In this document: positions 20,819-34,800 of the stretch, one piece after another
Layout: each line of letters opens with the position of its first letter
Numbering within the stretch: the stretch's first letter is position 1
From: Balanoglossus misakiensis
Lineage: Eukaryota; Animalia; Hemichordata
Length of the DNA: 64,000 nucleotides
Assembly (NCBI GenBank): GCA_040954595.2
Contig: CM082577.2
Location: forward strand, 18,698,303 to 18,762,302
Reading direction: 5' to 3'
Notes under the pieces: model-generated
Database searches by the model: none
The model's input: the letters and a program-made list of their open reading frames with translations, nothing else
Told to the model about the DNA's origin: nothing
Made by a program: the position numbers and the translations under genes

Positions 20819-23800
20819 TAGGGCCCAAGCGCATACCAGCGCTTGGGCCCTATTGGTTTCGTTGGGGTTTTTCTGTCTTTCTTTCTTTCTTTTTTCTTGT
20901 GTCATTTCTTTGTTGCTCTAGATCTCAGACACCGCTGCAGGTACACTTCTCAAACTTGTTACAGTGGTCAAGGTCAATGGGTAGTCGTGCATTGAACTCT
21001 TGAATTTTTAATTAGTCACGTGACATAGTGGCCATATTGGATTTTCTGAAAAAATGCAAATCTCAGATCTCAGAAACTACAAGTCAGATTCACTTCAGAT
21101 TTGGTGTGCTGGCAGTGTACCTTCTGCCCATCATTTTTGTAATTGGATATTTTGCTGTCAATGTTGCAGTTTTTTTGCTACAGTTGTTTTTCTGAAATCT
21201 GGTCAAAATTTCAAAAATCTTCTCTAGAACCGGCGATAACCGAGTCACGTGGTTTGTGGTATGTGGTCACCAAACTGAGGTCTATCAAGTTTGCGAATCA
21301 TTGTGATTGGTCGAAGATTATGGCGGCCATATTGGATTTTCGAAAAACCCTAGTAAAATTTCAAAAATCTTCTTCTCGAGAACCGGCGATAACTGAGTCA
21401 CAAGATTTGGTGTGTGTGGTCATTAAACAGATGTCTATCAAGTTTGCGAAGATGAATGTGATTGGTCGAAGATTATGGCGGCCTTATTGGATTTTGTGAA
21501 AAACGATTAAAAAGTAAAAATTCCCTTTCTAGCCTAAAAATTGATAGCACAGAAATTCTTTTTATGGATATGAATCATCATATGCCAAGAATAAGCTATA
21601 AATATTTTGGTAATTTTGGCAATGACCTTTGACCTACTTTTGACGCATCATTTTTCTGCATATCTAATTCCAGGCTAACCAATAGGGCTATAAGTTTGGT
21701 TTTTGATGTATGTGGATTTGTATGCGATCAAAAAATTTCGCTACTTTTCATGACCCCTTTGACCTCTGCTGACCTCATTAAATATGCGCATACCTAATTA
21801 CAGATGAACCAATAGACCTAGAGGTTTGGTTTTTGTTGGACATGAACCAGTATTGGGTCAAATTTTTTGCCCAAATGTTGGGTGACCTCGGATGACCTTT
21901 GACCTACTTTTGCATATCTCGACATCCACAGCAGATACAGCCTTGGCTTTTGGAGGTATGGGGCCATAATGAAAAGCCAAAGTTTTGGGTCACCTGTGAC
22001 ACCTGCTTAACTCATTATTTATGTGCATACCTAATTCCGGGCTAACCAAAAGGGATAGAGGTCTGGTTTTTGTTGGACATGGACCACTATGGGTCAAAAT
22101 TTTCTGCCCAAATTGTGGGTGACCTCTGGGTGACCTTTGACCTACTTAACACTATATCAACACCAAACATAGATATAACCTTGATATTTCATGGGATAAA
22201 ACACAGCATTATGTTTCTACTCATTAATTATGTGCATATCTAATAATCTGATCAGATAATACAGCTTGGGCCCGGACAATGCTGCTTGCAGCTTTAATTA
22301 GGGCCCAAGCGCATACCAGCGCTTGGGCCCTATTGGTTTCGTTGGGGTTTTTCTTTCTTTCTTTATTCTTCTGTCATTTCTTTGTCGCTCTAGATCTCAG
22401 ACACCACTGCAGGTACAGTTCTCAAACTTGCTACAGTGGTCAAGGTCAATGAGTAGTCGTGCATTGAACCCATGAATTTTTAATTAGTCACATGACCTGG
22501 CGGCCATCTTGGATTTTCTGACAAAATGCAAATCTCAGATCTCAGAAACTACAAGTCAGATCGACTTCAAATTTGGCGTGCTGGTAGACTACCTTCTGTC
22601 AAACATTTTTGTAATTGGAAATTATGCTGTCAATGTTGCAGTTTTTTTGCTACAATTTTTTTTCTGAAATCTGGCTTAAATTTCACAAATCTTCTTCTCC
22701 AGAACCGGTGATAACCGAGACACGGGGTTTGGGGTATGTGGTCACCTAACTGATGTCTATCAAGTTTGCGAAGATCACTGTGATTGGTCGAAGATTATGG
22801 CGGCCATATTGGATTTTGGAAAAACCCTAGTAAAATTTCAAAAATCTTCTTCTCGAGAACCGGCGATAACCGAATCACAAGATTTTGTGTGTGTGGTCAT
22901 TTAACAGATGTCTATCAAGTTTGCGAAGAGGAATGTGATTGGTCGAAGATTATGGCGGCCATATTGGATTTTGTGAAAAACGATTAAAAAGTAAAAATTC
23001 CCTTTCTAGCCTAAAAATTGATAGCACAGAAATTCTTTTCATGGATATGAATCATCATATAACAAGAATAAGCTATAAATATTTTGGTAATTTTGGCAAT
23101 GACCTTTGACCTACTTTTGACGCATAAATTTTTTGCATATCTAATTCCAGGCTAACCAATAGGGCTATAAGTTTGGTTTTTGATGTATGTGGATTTGTAT
23201 GTGATCACAAAATTTTGCTACTTTTCATGACCCCTTTGACCTCTGCTGACCTCATTAAATATGCGCATACCTAATTAATGATGAACCAATAGACCTAGAG
23301 GTTTTGTTTTTGTTATACATGGACCAGTATGGGGTCAAAATATTTTGCCCAAATGTTGGGTGACCTTGGGTGACCTTTGACCTACTTTTGCATATCTCGA
23401 CATCCACAGCAGATACAACCTTGGCGTTTGGAGGTATGGGGCCATAATGAAAAGCCAAAGTTTTGGGTCACCTTTGACACCTGCTTAACTCATTATTTAT
23501 GTGCATACCTAATTCCGGGCTAACCAAAAGGGCTAGAGGTCTGGTTTTTGTTGGACATGGACCACTATGGGTCAAAATTTTCTGCCCAAATTGTGGGTGA
23601 CCTCTGGTTGACCTTTGACCTACTTAACACTATATCAACACCAAACATAGATATAACCTTGATATTTCATGGGATAAAACACAGCATTATGTTTCTACTC
23701 ATTAATTATGTGCATATCTAATAATCTGATCAGATAATAGAGCTTGGGCCCGGACAATGCTGCTTGCAGCTTTAATTAGGGCCCAAGCCAAGCCAGGCTT

Positions 23801-26800
23801 GGGCCCTATTGGTTTCGTTGGAATTTTTCAGTCTTTCTTTCTTTATTCTTATGTCAATTCTTTGTCGCTCTAGATCTCAGACACTGCTGCAGGTACACTT
23901 CTCAAACTTGCTACAGTGGTCAAGGTCAATGAGTAGTCGTGCATTGAACCCTTGAATTTTTAATTAGTCACGTGACCTGGCGGCCATCTTGGATTTTCTG
24001 AAAAAATGCAAATCTCAGATCTCAGAAACTACAAGTCAGATCGACTTCAAATTTGGCGTGCAGGTAGACTATCTTCTGCCCATCATTTTTGTAATTGGAA
24101 ATTATGCTGTCAATGTTGCAGTTTTTTTGCTACAGTTGTTTTTCTGAAATCTGGTCAAAATTTCAAAAATCTTCTTCTCCAGAACCGGCGATAACCGAGT
24201 CACGCGGTTTGGGGTATGTGGTCACCAAACTGAGGTCTATCAAGTTTGCGAAGATCATTGTGATTGGTCGAAGATTATGGCGGCCATATTGGATTTTCGA
24301 AAAACCTAGTAAAATTTCAAAAATCTTCTTCTCAAGAACCGGCGATAACTGAGTCACAAGATTTGGTGTGTGTGGTCATTAAACAGATGTCTATCAAGTT
24401 TGCGAAGAGGAATGTGATTGGTCGAAGATTATGGCGGCCATATTGGATTTTGTGAAAAACAATTAAAAAGTAAAAATTCCCTTTCTAGCCTAAAAATTGA
24501 TAGCACAGAAATTCTTTTTATGGATATGAATCATCATATGCCAAGAATAAGCTATAAATATTTTGGTAATTTTGGCAATGACCTTTGACCTACTTTTGAC
24601 GCATCATTTTTCTGCATATCTAATTTCAGGCTAACCTTTAAGGCTATCATTTTGGTTTTTGATGTATGTGGATTTGTATGTGATCAAAAATTTTTGCTAC
24701 TTTTCATGACCCCTTTGACCTCTGCTGACCTCATTAAATATGCACATACCTAATTACAGATGAACCAATAGACCTAGAGGTTTTGTTTTTGTTATACATG
24801 GACCAGTATCGGGTCAAAATATTTTGCCCAAATGTTGGGTGACCTCGGGTGACCTTTGACCTACTTAACACTATATCAGCATCAGATCAGATAATAGAGC
24901 TTGGGCCCGGACAATGCTGCTTGCAGCTTTAATTATTAGGGCCCAAGCGCATACCAGCGCTTGGGCCCTATTGGTTTCGTTGGGGTTTTTTACGGGCCCA
25001 AGCCAAGCCAGGCTTGGGCCCGTATTGGTTTCGTTGGAATTTTTCTTTCTTTCTTTCTTTATTCTTGTGTCAATTCTTTGACCCACGAGATCTCAGACAC
25101 CGCTGCAGGTACACTTCTGAAACTTGCTACAGTGTTCAAGGTCAATGAGTAGTCGTGCATTGAACCCTTGAATTTTTAATTAGTCACATGACCTGGCGGC
25201 CATCTTGGATTTTCTGAAAAAATGCAAATCAAGATCTCAGAAACTACAAGTCAGATCGACTTCAAATTTGGCATGCCGGTAGACTACCTTCTGGCAATCA
25301 TTTTTGTTATTGGAAATTATACTGACAAAGTTGCAATTTTTTGCTACAATTTTTTTTCTGAAATCTGGCTTAAATTTCAAAAATCTTCTTCTCCAGAACC
25401 GGTGATAACCGAGTCATGCGGTTTGGGGTATGTGGTCACCTAACTGATGTCTATCAAGTTTGCGAAGATCATTGTGATTGGTTGAAGATTATGGCGGCCA
25501 TATTGGATTTTCGAAAAACCATAGTAAAATTTCAAAAATCTTCTTCTCAAGAACCGGCGATAACTGAGTCACAAGATTTGGTGTGTGTGGTCATTAAACA
25601 GATGTCTATCAAGTTTGCGAAGAGGAATGTGATTGGTCGAAGATTATGGCGGCCATATTGGATTTTGTGAAAAATGATTAAAAAGTAAAAATTCCCTTTC
25701 TAGCCTAAAAATTGATAGCACAGAAATTCTTTTTACGGATATGAATCATCATATGCCAAGAATAAGCTATAAATATTTTGGTAATTTTGGCAATGACCTT
25801 TGACCTACTTTTGACACATGATTTTTCTGCATATCTAATTCCAGGCTAACCAATAGGGCTATAAGTTTGGTTTTTGATGTATGTGGATTTCTATGTGATC
25901 CAAAAATTTTGCTATTTTTCATGACCCCATTGACCTCTGGTGACCTCATTAAATATGCACATACCTAATTACAGATGAACCCATAGACCTAGAAGTTTTG
26001 TTTTTGTTATACATGGACCAGTATGGGGTCAAAATATTTTGCCCAAATGTTGGGTGACCTCGGGTGACCTTTGACCTACTTTTGCATATCTTGACATCCA
26101 CAGCAGATACAGCCTTGGCGTTTGGAGGTATGGGGCCATAATGAAAAGCCAAAGTTTTGGGTCACCTGTGACACCTGCTTAACTCATTAATTATGTGCAT
26201 ACCTAATTCTAGGCTAACCAAAAGGGCTAGAGGTCTGTTTTTTGTTGGACATGGACCACTATGGGTCAAAATTTTCTGCCCAAATTTTGGATGACCTCAG
26301 ATGACCTTTGACGTACTTTTGCATACCTCGGCATCCAAAGCAGGTACAGCCTTGGCATTTGGAGGTATGGGGCCATAATGAAAAGCCAAAGTTTTGGGTC
26401 ACCTGTGACACCTGCTTTACGCATTATTTATGTGCATACCTAATTCCAGGCTAACAATAAGGGCTAGAGGTCTGGTTTTTGTTGGACATGGACCACTATG
26501 GGTCAAAATTTTCTGCCCAAATGTTGGGTGACCTCTGGGTGACCTTTGACCTACTTAACACTTTAACAGCACCAAACATACATATAACCTTGATATTTCA
26601 TGGGATAAAACAGCATTATGTTTCTACTCATTAATTATGTGCATATCTAATATCAGATCAGATAATAGAGCTTGGGCCCGGACAATGCTGCTTGCAGCTT
26701 TAATCTTTCTTTCTTTCTTTCTTTCTTTATTCTTGTGTCAATTCTTTGTCGCTCTAGATCTCAGACACCGCTGCAGGTACACTTCTCAAACTTTCTACAG

Positions 26801-28138
26801 TGGTCAAGGTCAATGAGTAGTCGTGCATTGAACCCTTGAATTTTTAATTAGTCACGTGACCTGGCGGCCATATTGGATTTTCTGAAAAAATGCAAATCTC
26901 AGATCTCAGAAACTACAAGTCAGATCGACTTCAAATTTGGTGTGCAGGTACATTACATTCTGCCCATCATTTTTGTAATTGGAAATTATGCTGTCAATGT
27001 TGCAGTTTTTTTGCTACAATTTTTTTTCTGAAATCCGGCTTAAATTTCAAAAATCTTCTTCTCCAGAACCGGTGACAACCGAGACACGGGGTTTGGGGTA
27101 TGTGGTCACCTATCTGATGTCTATCAAGTTTGCGAAAATCATTGTGATTGGTCGAAGATTATGGCGGCCATATTGGATTTTTGAAAAACCATAGTAAAAC
27201 TTCAAAAATCTTCTACTCAAGAACGGGCGATAATTGAGTCACAAGATTTGGGCAGTATGGTCACTATACTGATGTCTATCAAGTTTGCAAAGAGCATTGT
27301 GATTGGTCGAAGATTATGGCGGCCATATTGGTTTTGCGAAAAACGATTAAAAAGTAAAAATTCCCTTTCTAGCCTAAAAATTGATAGCACAGAAAGTCTT
27401 TTTATGGATATGAATCATCATATGACTACAATGTGCTATAAATATTTTGGTAATTTTGGCAATGACCTTTGACCTACTTTTGACGCATCATTTTTCTGCA
27501 TATCTTATTCCAGGCTAACCAATAGGGCTATAAGTTTGGTTTTTGATGTATGTGGATTAGTGTGTGATCAAAATATTTTGCTACTTTTCACGACCCCTTT
27601 GACCCCTGCTGACCTCATTAATTATGTGCATAGCTAATTACAGGCGAACCAATAGACCTAGAGGTTTTGTTTTTGTTGGACAGGACCAGTATGGGGTCAA
27701 ATGTTTTTACCCAAATGTTGGGTGACCTCTGGTGACCTTTGACCTACTTTCGCAAATCTCAGCATCCACAGCAGATACAGCCTTGGCGTTTGGAGGTATG
27801 GGGCCATAATGAAAAGCCAAAGTTTTGGGTCACCTGTGACACCTGCTTAACTCATTATTTATGTGCATACCTAATTCCGGGCTAACCAAAAGGGCTAGAG
27901 GTCTGGTTTTTGTTGGACATGGACCACTATGGGTCAAAATTTTCTGCCCAAATTGTGGGTGACCTCTGGGTGACCTTTGACCTACTTAACACTATATCAG
28001 CACTAAACATAGATATAATCTTGATATTTCATGGGATAAAACACAACATTATGTTTCTACTCATTAATTATGTGCATATCTAATAATCAGATCAGATAAT
28101 AGAGCTTGGGCCCGGACAATGCTGCTTGCAGCTTTAAT
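20819..28138 (+). mobile_element. Five GGGCCCAAGC-type elements: three side by side, then a two-deep nest (heads 24937, 24991)
   Basis: Heads at 20819, 22299, 23777, 24937, 24991; five AGCTTGGGCCCGGAC ends. Confidence 0.85.
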
Positions 28139-29350
28139 TATTATTCTTCTTCTTCTTCTTCTTCCGAGAAATTAGGCCAGGTAGATCTGGAAAACCGCAG
28201 CACCTAGGGAGCTGAAACTTGGTAGGGTGGTAGGGGCCAATGAGTAGACGTGCAGTGGCCCGTGAATATTTAATTAGTCATGTGACCTGGCGGCCATATT
28301 GGATTTCCTGAAAACCGTTAACTGAGTCCTTCTCAAAAACTACATGGCCGATCGAGTTCAAATTTGGTGTGCAGGTAGCCTACCTTCTGTCCATCATTTT
28401 ACCCCATTGAAATCATGACGTCATACATAAAGTTTTTTTGCTACAATTGTTTTTCTGAAAAACTACTTAAAACTTTAAAAATCTTCTTCTCCAGAACCAG
28501 CGGTTACCGAGTCTCGGGATTTGGGATATGTGGTCACCTAACCTATGTCTATCAAGTTTGCGAAGCGCACTGTGATTGGTCGATCATTATGGCGGCCATG
28601 TTGGATTTTCGGAAAACCATTGAAAAGTGATAATTCCGTTTTGTAGCCAAAATGTTGACAGCATGGAAATTCTTTTTTTGGATATGAGTCATCGGAAGTT
28701 GTCACAATTTTTCAGGGCAATTTTCACATGACCTTTGACCCAGTTTTAAAACAACTAATTATATATGCATATTCCCCATACCTCCTCTTGTCAAAGCACC
28801 ACAGTCATGAATTTTATGGACATGGGTACCAATGCTGCCAGGACATGGCACAAATATTTTAGTAATTTTGGCAATGACCCTTGACCTATTTCTGAAACAT
28901 CATTTTTCTGCATATCTAATTCCAGGCTAACCAATAGGGCTAGAGGTCTGGTTTTAGTTGGACATGGCCCAGTCTGGGGTCAAAATTTTATGCCCTAATT
29001 TTGGGTGACCTTGGGTGACCTTTGATCTACTTTCCCATATCTCAGCATCCAGAGCAGTTAGAGCCCTGGCTTTTATGGGTATTGAGCACATAATGGAGTC
29101 TTACACAAGACCTCATAAATTATGTGCATACTTAATTGCAGGTGAACCAATAGGGCTAGGGGTCTGGTTTTTTGTTGGATCTAGACTAGTATGGGGTCCG
29201 ATTTTTTTGCCCAAATTTGGGGTGACCTCAGGTGACCTTTGACCTACTTTCCCATATATTGGTATCTCCAGCAGATATAGCCGTGGCATTTGCTGGTCAC
29301 CATGGGAACCGCTTGTGCCCCCCCCCCCCAACGCTGCTTGCAGCTTTAAT
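28139..29350 (+). mobile_element. Headless subfamily P body
   Basis: Near-identical to 17531-18739. Confidence 0.85.
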
Positions 29351-32300
29351 TAAGCTATTAGGCTATGTCCACGTCTGTGCAATGGTCCTGTTCAGTGACT
29401 CTCTATTGGCCCGTGAGCAGAACAGGACCACAATAAAAGGCAAATTATATTATATCATGCTACCGTCCGCGATTCTGATTGGACGAGAGCTATGGTAAAA
29501 TACTGTTTTACCACTGCTGATATAATATAATAGCAATAACCCCCGCCACAGTCGGGTATACACTCGATTTTGGTACAATTAGCTGCACATAGCACTCGCC
29601 TAACGGCTCGTGCTAAATGTCTCGAATTGTACCAAAATCTCGTGTATACCCGCCTGCGGCGCCTGCGGCGGGGGTTATTGCTTAAATATTGGGCTCACCT
29701 GTAACACCTGCTTAACTCATTAATTATGTGCATACCTAATTCCAGGCTAACTAATACGGCTAGAGGTTTTGTTCTTGTGGGACATGGACCAGTATGGGAT
29801 CAAAAATTTTTGCCCAAATTTTGGGTGACCTCAGGTGACCTTTGACCTACTCTCCTATATCTCGGCATCCACAGCAGGTACAGACTTGGCGTTTGGAGGG
29901 TTGTGACTAAAATTGAAAAGACAAAATTGGGGGTCACCTGTGACACCTGCTTATCTCATTAATTATGTGCATACCTAATTCCAGGCTAGCCAATAGGGCT
30001 AGAGGTTTGATTTTTGTTGAACATGGACCAGTATGGGGTTAAAATTTCTTGCCCAAATTTTGGGTGACCACCTATGACCTTTGACCTTCGGCTTAAGCTT
30101 GTGCCCGTCATCGCTGCTTGCAGCTATATTTAGGGCACAAGCCAAGCAGGCTTGTGCCCTATTGGTATTACTGGGGTTTTTCATCCTCTTCTTTTTCTTG
30201 TGTAGTTTTTTTGCCCAATAGGATCTTGAAAACGGCTGAACCTACAAATCTCAAACTTGGCACAGTGATGCAGGCCTATGAGAGCTGGTGCAGTACCCTC
30301 GTGAATGTTTAATAAGTCATGTGACCTGATGACCATATATGGGCAAAGTTTTCAAATGGGCCTAATTTGCATATGAATGGAGATATCGAAATTCTTTTAG
30401 CAACTTTTGTGGACCATGTGATCAGTGTCCCACATGCCAAATATCAAGGCCGTGGGCCAAGTCTATTTTGAGAAGAAGACTTGTAAGTATTAGTAATTTT
30501 TCATATTTTTGGACCTAGCCATGGGCCTATACTTTCTATAGTTAAGCTATGACGCCATGTACACGTCTGTGCAATGGTCCTGTACAGTGACTGCCTACTG
30601 GCCCCTGAGCAGAATGGGACCACATTAAAAGGCAAAATTTCAGGCTCACGTGTAACACCTGCTAAACTTATTAATTATGTGCATACCTAATTCCGGGCTA
30701 ACTAATAGGGCTAGAGGTTTCGTTCTTTTTGGTCATGGACCAGTATGGGGTTAAAAAAATTTGCCCAAATTCTGGGTGACCTCAGGTGACCTTTGACCTA
30801 CTTTCCTATATCTCCGCATCCAGAGCAGTTACAGACTTGGCGTTTGGAGGGTTGGGACTAAAATTGAAAAGCCAAAATTGGGGGTCACCTGTGACACCTG
30901 CTTATCTCATTAATTATGTGCATACCTAATTCCAGGCTAACCAATAGGGCTAGAGGTTTTGTTCATGTGGGACATGGACCAGTATGAGGTTAAAAAAATT
31001 TGCCCAAATTTTGGGTGACCTCAGGTGACCTTTGACCTACTGTCCAATATCTCCGCATCAATAGCAGGTACAGACTTGGCGTTTGGAGGGTTGGGACTAT
31101 AATTGGAAAGCCAAAATTGGGGGTCACCTGTGACACCTGCTTATCTCATTAATTATGTGCATACCTAATTCCAGGCTAACCAATAGGGTTAGAGGTTTGA
31201 TTTTTGTTGAACATGGACCAGTATAGGCTCAAAAATTTTTGCCCAAATTTTGCATGACCTCAGGTGACCTTTGACCTAATTTTCCATATCTTGGCAACCA
31301 GAGCAGGCAAAGACTTGGCGTTTGGAGGGTTGGGACTAAAATTGAAAAGCCAAAATTTGGGGGTCACCTGTGACACCTGCATATCTCATTAATTATGTGC
31401 ATACCTAATTCCAGACAAACCAATAGGGCTAGAGGTCAGGTTTCTGTTGGACCTGGACTAGTATGGGGGTCAAAACTTTTTGCCCAAATTTTGGGTGACC
31501 ACATATGACCTTTGACCTTCGGCTTAAGCTTGTGCCCGTCATCGCTGCTTGCAGCTATATTTCATCTTTTTCTTCTTGTGTAATTTTTTTGCTCAACAGG
31601 ATCTTGAAAACGGCTGAACCTACAAATCTCAAACTTGGCACAGTGGTGCAGGCCTATGAGAGCTGGTGCTGTACCCTCGTGAATGTTTAATAAGTCATGT
31701 GACCTGATGACTATATATGGGCAAAGTTTTCAAATGGGCCTAATTTGCATATGAATGGAGATATCAAAATTCTTTTAGCGATTTTTGCGGACCATGTGGT
31801 CAGTGTCCTACATGCCAAATGTCAAGGCCGTGGGCCAAGTCTATTTTGAGAAGAAGATTTTTTTATTTTTCATATTTTTTGACCCAGCCATAGGCCTATA
31901 CTTTCTATAGTTAAGCTATCATGCTATGTCCACGTTGGCTGTGCAATGGTCCTGTACAGTGACTCTCTATTGGCCCGTGAGCAGAATGAGACCACAATAA
32001 AAGGCAAAATTTTGGGCTCACCTGTAACACCTGCTTAACTCGTTAATTATGTGCATACCTAATTCCAGGCTAACTAATAGGGCTAGAGGTCTTGTTCTTG
32101 TGGGACATGGACCAGTATGGGATCATAAATTTTTACCCAAATTTTGGGTGACCTCAAGTGACCTTTGACCTACTTTTCTATATCTCGGCATCCACAGCAG
32201 GTACAGACTAGGCATTTGGAGGGTTGTGACTAAAATTGAAAAGACAAAATTGGGGGTCACCTGTGACACCTGCTTATCTCATTAATTAATGCATACGTAA

Positions 32301-32882
32301 TTCCAGGCTAGCCAATAGGGCTAGAGGTTTGATTTTTGTTGAACATGGACCAGTATGGGGTTAAAATTTCTTGCCCAATTTTGGGTGACCTCAGGTGACC
32401 TTTGACCTACTTTACCATATCTCGGCAACCAGCGCAGATACAGCCTTGGCATTTGGAGGCATGGAACTCCTAATGGAGCCTTATACTTTACCTCATTAAT
32501 TATGTGCATATCTAATTCTAGGCGAACCAATAGGGCTAGAGGTCTGGTTTTTGTTGGCCCTGGACTAGTATGGGGTCAACATTTTTTGCCCAACTTTCGG
32601 GTGGCCTCAGGTGACCTTTGACCTACTTTCCTATATCTCGGCATCCAGAACAGGTACAGCATTTGTGTTTTGATGGATTGAACTATTAATGGAGTCTTAC
32701 ACTTTACATCATTAATTATGTGCATATCTAATTTCAGACAAACCAATAGGGCTAGAGGTCAGGTTTCTGTTGGACCTGGACTAGTATGGGGTCAAAAAAT
32801 TTTGCCCAAATTTTGGGTGACCACATATGACCATTGACCTACGGCTTAAGCTTGTGCCCGTCATCGCTGCTTGCAGCTATAT
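29351..32882 (+). mobile_element. Subfamily Q (GGGCACAAGC) elements: interrupted 3' half, one complete copy (30131-31560), one headless body
   Basis: Ends GCTTAAGCTTGTGCCCGTCATCGCTGCTTGCAGCTATAT; head TAGGGCACAAGCCAAGCAGGCTTGTGCCCTA. Confidence 0.85.
29445..29687. mobile_element. ~240-bp insertion with a long subterminal hairpin, resembling non-autonomous CryptonV-type elements
   Basis: Absent from sister Q copies; AGCAATAACCCCCGCC...CACTCGCCTAACGGCTCGTG...GGCGGGGGTTATTGCT hairpin; no TIR; TTATAT/TTAAAT at the ends. Confidence 0.6.
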
Positions 32883-34534
32883 TTCTTTCCGTCTTTATTC
32901 TTATGTCAATTCTTTGCTCTCCTAGATCTCTGAAACGGCTACAGGTCACTTCTCAAACTTGCTACAGTGGTCAAGGTCAATGAGTAGATGTGCAGTGGCT
33001 TGTGAATACTTAATTAGTCACGTGACCTGGCGGCCATATTGGATTTTCTGAAAATCTTTAAATGGCTTCTTCTCAAAAACCACAGGGCCAATCAAGTTCA
33101 AATTTGGTGTATGGTACACAGGTCCTCTGCCCTTCAAAGTTTGACAATAAAATCCTGAGCGGTCACGTGACTTTGGCCGCCATATTTGATTTTCGAAAAA
33201 GTACAGTAAAATCTTCAAAAATCTTCTTTTCCAGAACCGGAAATAACTGAGTCATGGGATTTAGGGTATGACATCACCTAACTGATGTCTATCAAATTTG
33301 CGTAGACCGTTGTGATTGGTCGAAGGTTATGGCGGCCATATTGGATTTTGTAAAAACCAGTGAAAATTAAGAAATCATTTTTCTAGTCTAAAAATAGATA
33401 GCATACAAATTCTTTTTGTGGATATGAGTCGTCATATGACTAGAATATGTTGTAAATATTTTGGCAATTTTCACATGACCTTTGACCTACTTTTTTAAGA
33501 ACCGGCATATATGCATATAACTCATACTACCTGTTGTAAATGTACCAGAGTTCTGATTTTTGTGCACATTGGTATCACCCCTGCCAGGACCTACCCCAAA
33601 TATTTTGGTAATTTTGGCAATGACCTTTGACCTACTTTTGACACATCGTTTTTTTCTTCATATCTAATTCCAGGTTAACCTATAGGGCTATCATTTTGGT
33701 TTTTGATGTATGTGGATTTGTATGTGATCAAAACATTTCGCTACTTTTCATGACCCCTTTGACCTCTGCTGACCTCATTAAATATGCGCAAACTTAATTA
33801 CAGATGAACCAATAGACCTAGAGGTTTGGTTTTTGTTGGACATGGACCAGTATTGGGTCAAAATTTTTTGCCCAAATGTTGGGTGACCGCGGGTGACCTT
33901 TGACCTACTTTTGCATATCTCGACATCCACAGCAGATACAGCCTTGGCGTTTGGAGATATGGGCCATAATGAAAAGCCAAAGTTTTGGGTCACCAGTGAC
34001 ACCTGCTTAACTCATTATTTATGTGCATACCTAATTCCGGGCTAATCAAAAGGGCTAGAGGTCTCGTTTTTGTTGGACATGGACCACTATGGGTCAAAAT
34101 TTTCTGCCCAAATTTTGGGTGACCTCAGATGACTTTTGACCTACTTTTGCATATCTTGGCATCCAAAGCAGGTACAGCCTTGGCATTTGGAGATATGGGG
34201 CCATAATGAAAAGCCAAAGTTTTGGGTCACCTGTGACACCTGCTTAACTCATTATTTATGCGCATACCTAATTACGGGCTAACCAATAGGGCTAGAGATC
34301 TGGGTTTTGTTGGACATGGACCAGTATGGGTTAAAATTTTCTGCCCAAATTATTGGTGACCTCTGGGTGACCTTTGACCTACTTAACACTATATCAGCAC
34401 CAAACATAGATATAACCTTGATATTTCAAGGGATAAAACACAGCATTATGTTTCTACTCATTAATTATGCACATATCTAATACCAAATCAGATAATACAG
34501 CATGGGCCCCGACAATGCTGCTTGCAGCTTTAAT

Positions 34535-34800
34535 TAGGGCACAAGCCAAGCAGGCTTGTGCCATACTGGTATTACTGGGTTTTTTAGGGCACAAGCCAAG
34601 AAGGCTTGTGCCCTATTGGTATTACTGGGGTTTTTCATCTTTAGGGCACAAGCCAAGCAGGCTTGTGCCCTATTGGTATTACTGGGGTTTTTTAGGGCAC
34701 AAGCCAAGCAGGCTTGTGCCCTATTGGTATAACTGGGGTTTTTCATTAGGGCCCAAGCGCACGGAAGCGCTTGGGCCCTATTGGTTTCGTTGGAATTTTT
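34535..34800 (+). repeat. Stack of five 5' hairpin heads (4 GGGCACAAGC + 1 GGGCCCAAGCGC)
   Basis: Heads at 34535, 34585, 34642, 34693, 34747. Confidence 0.92.
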
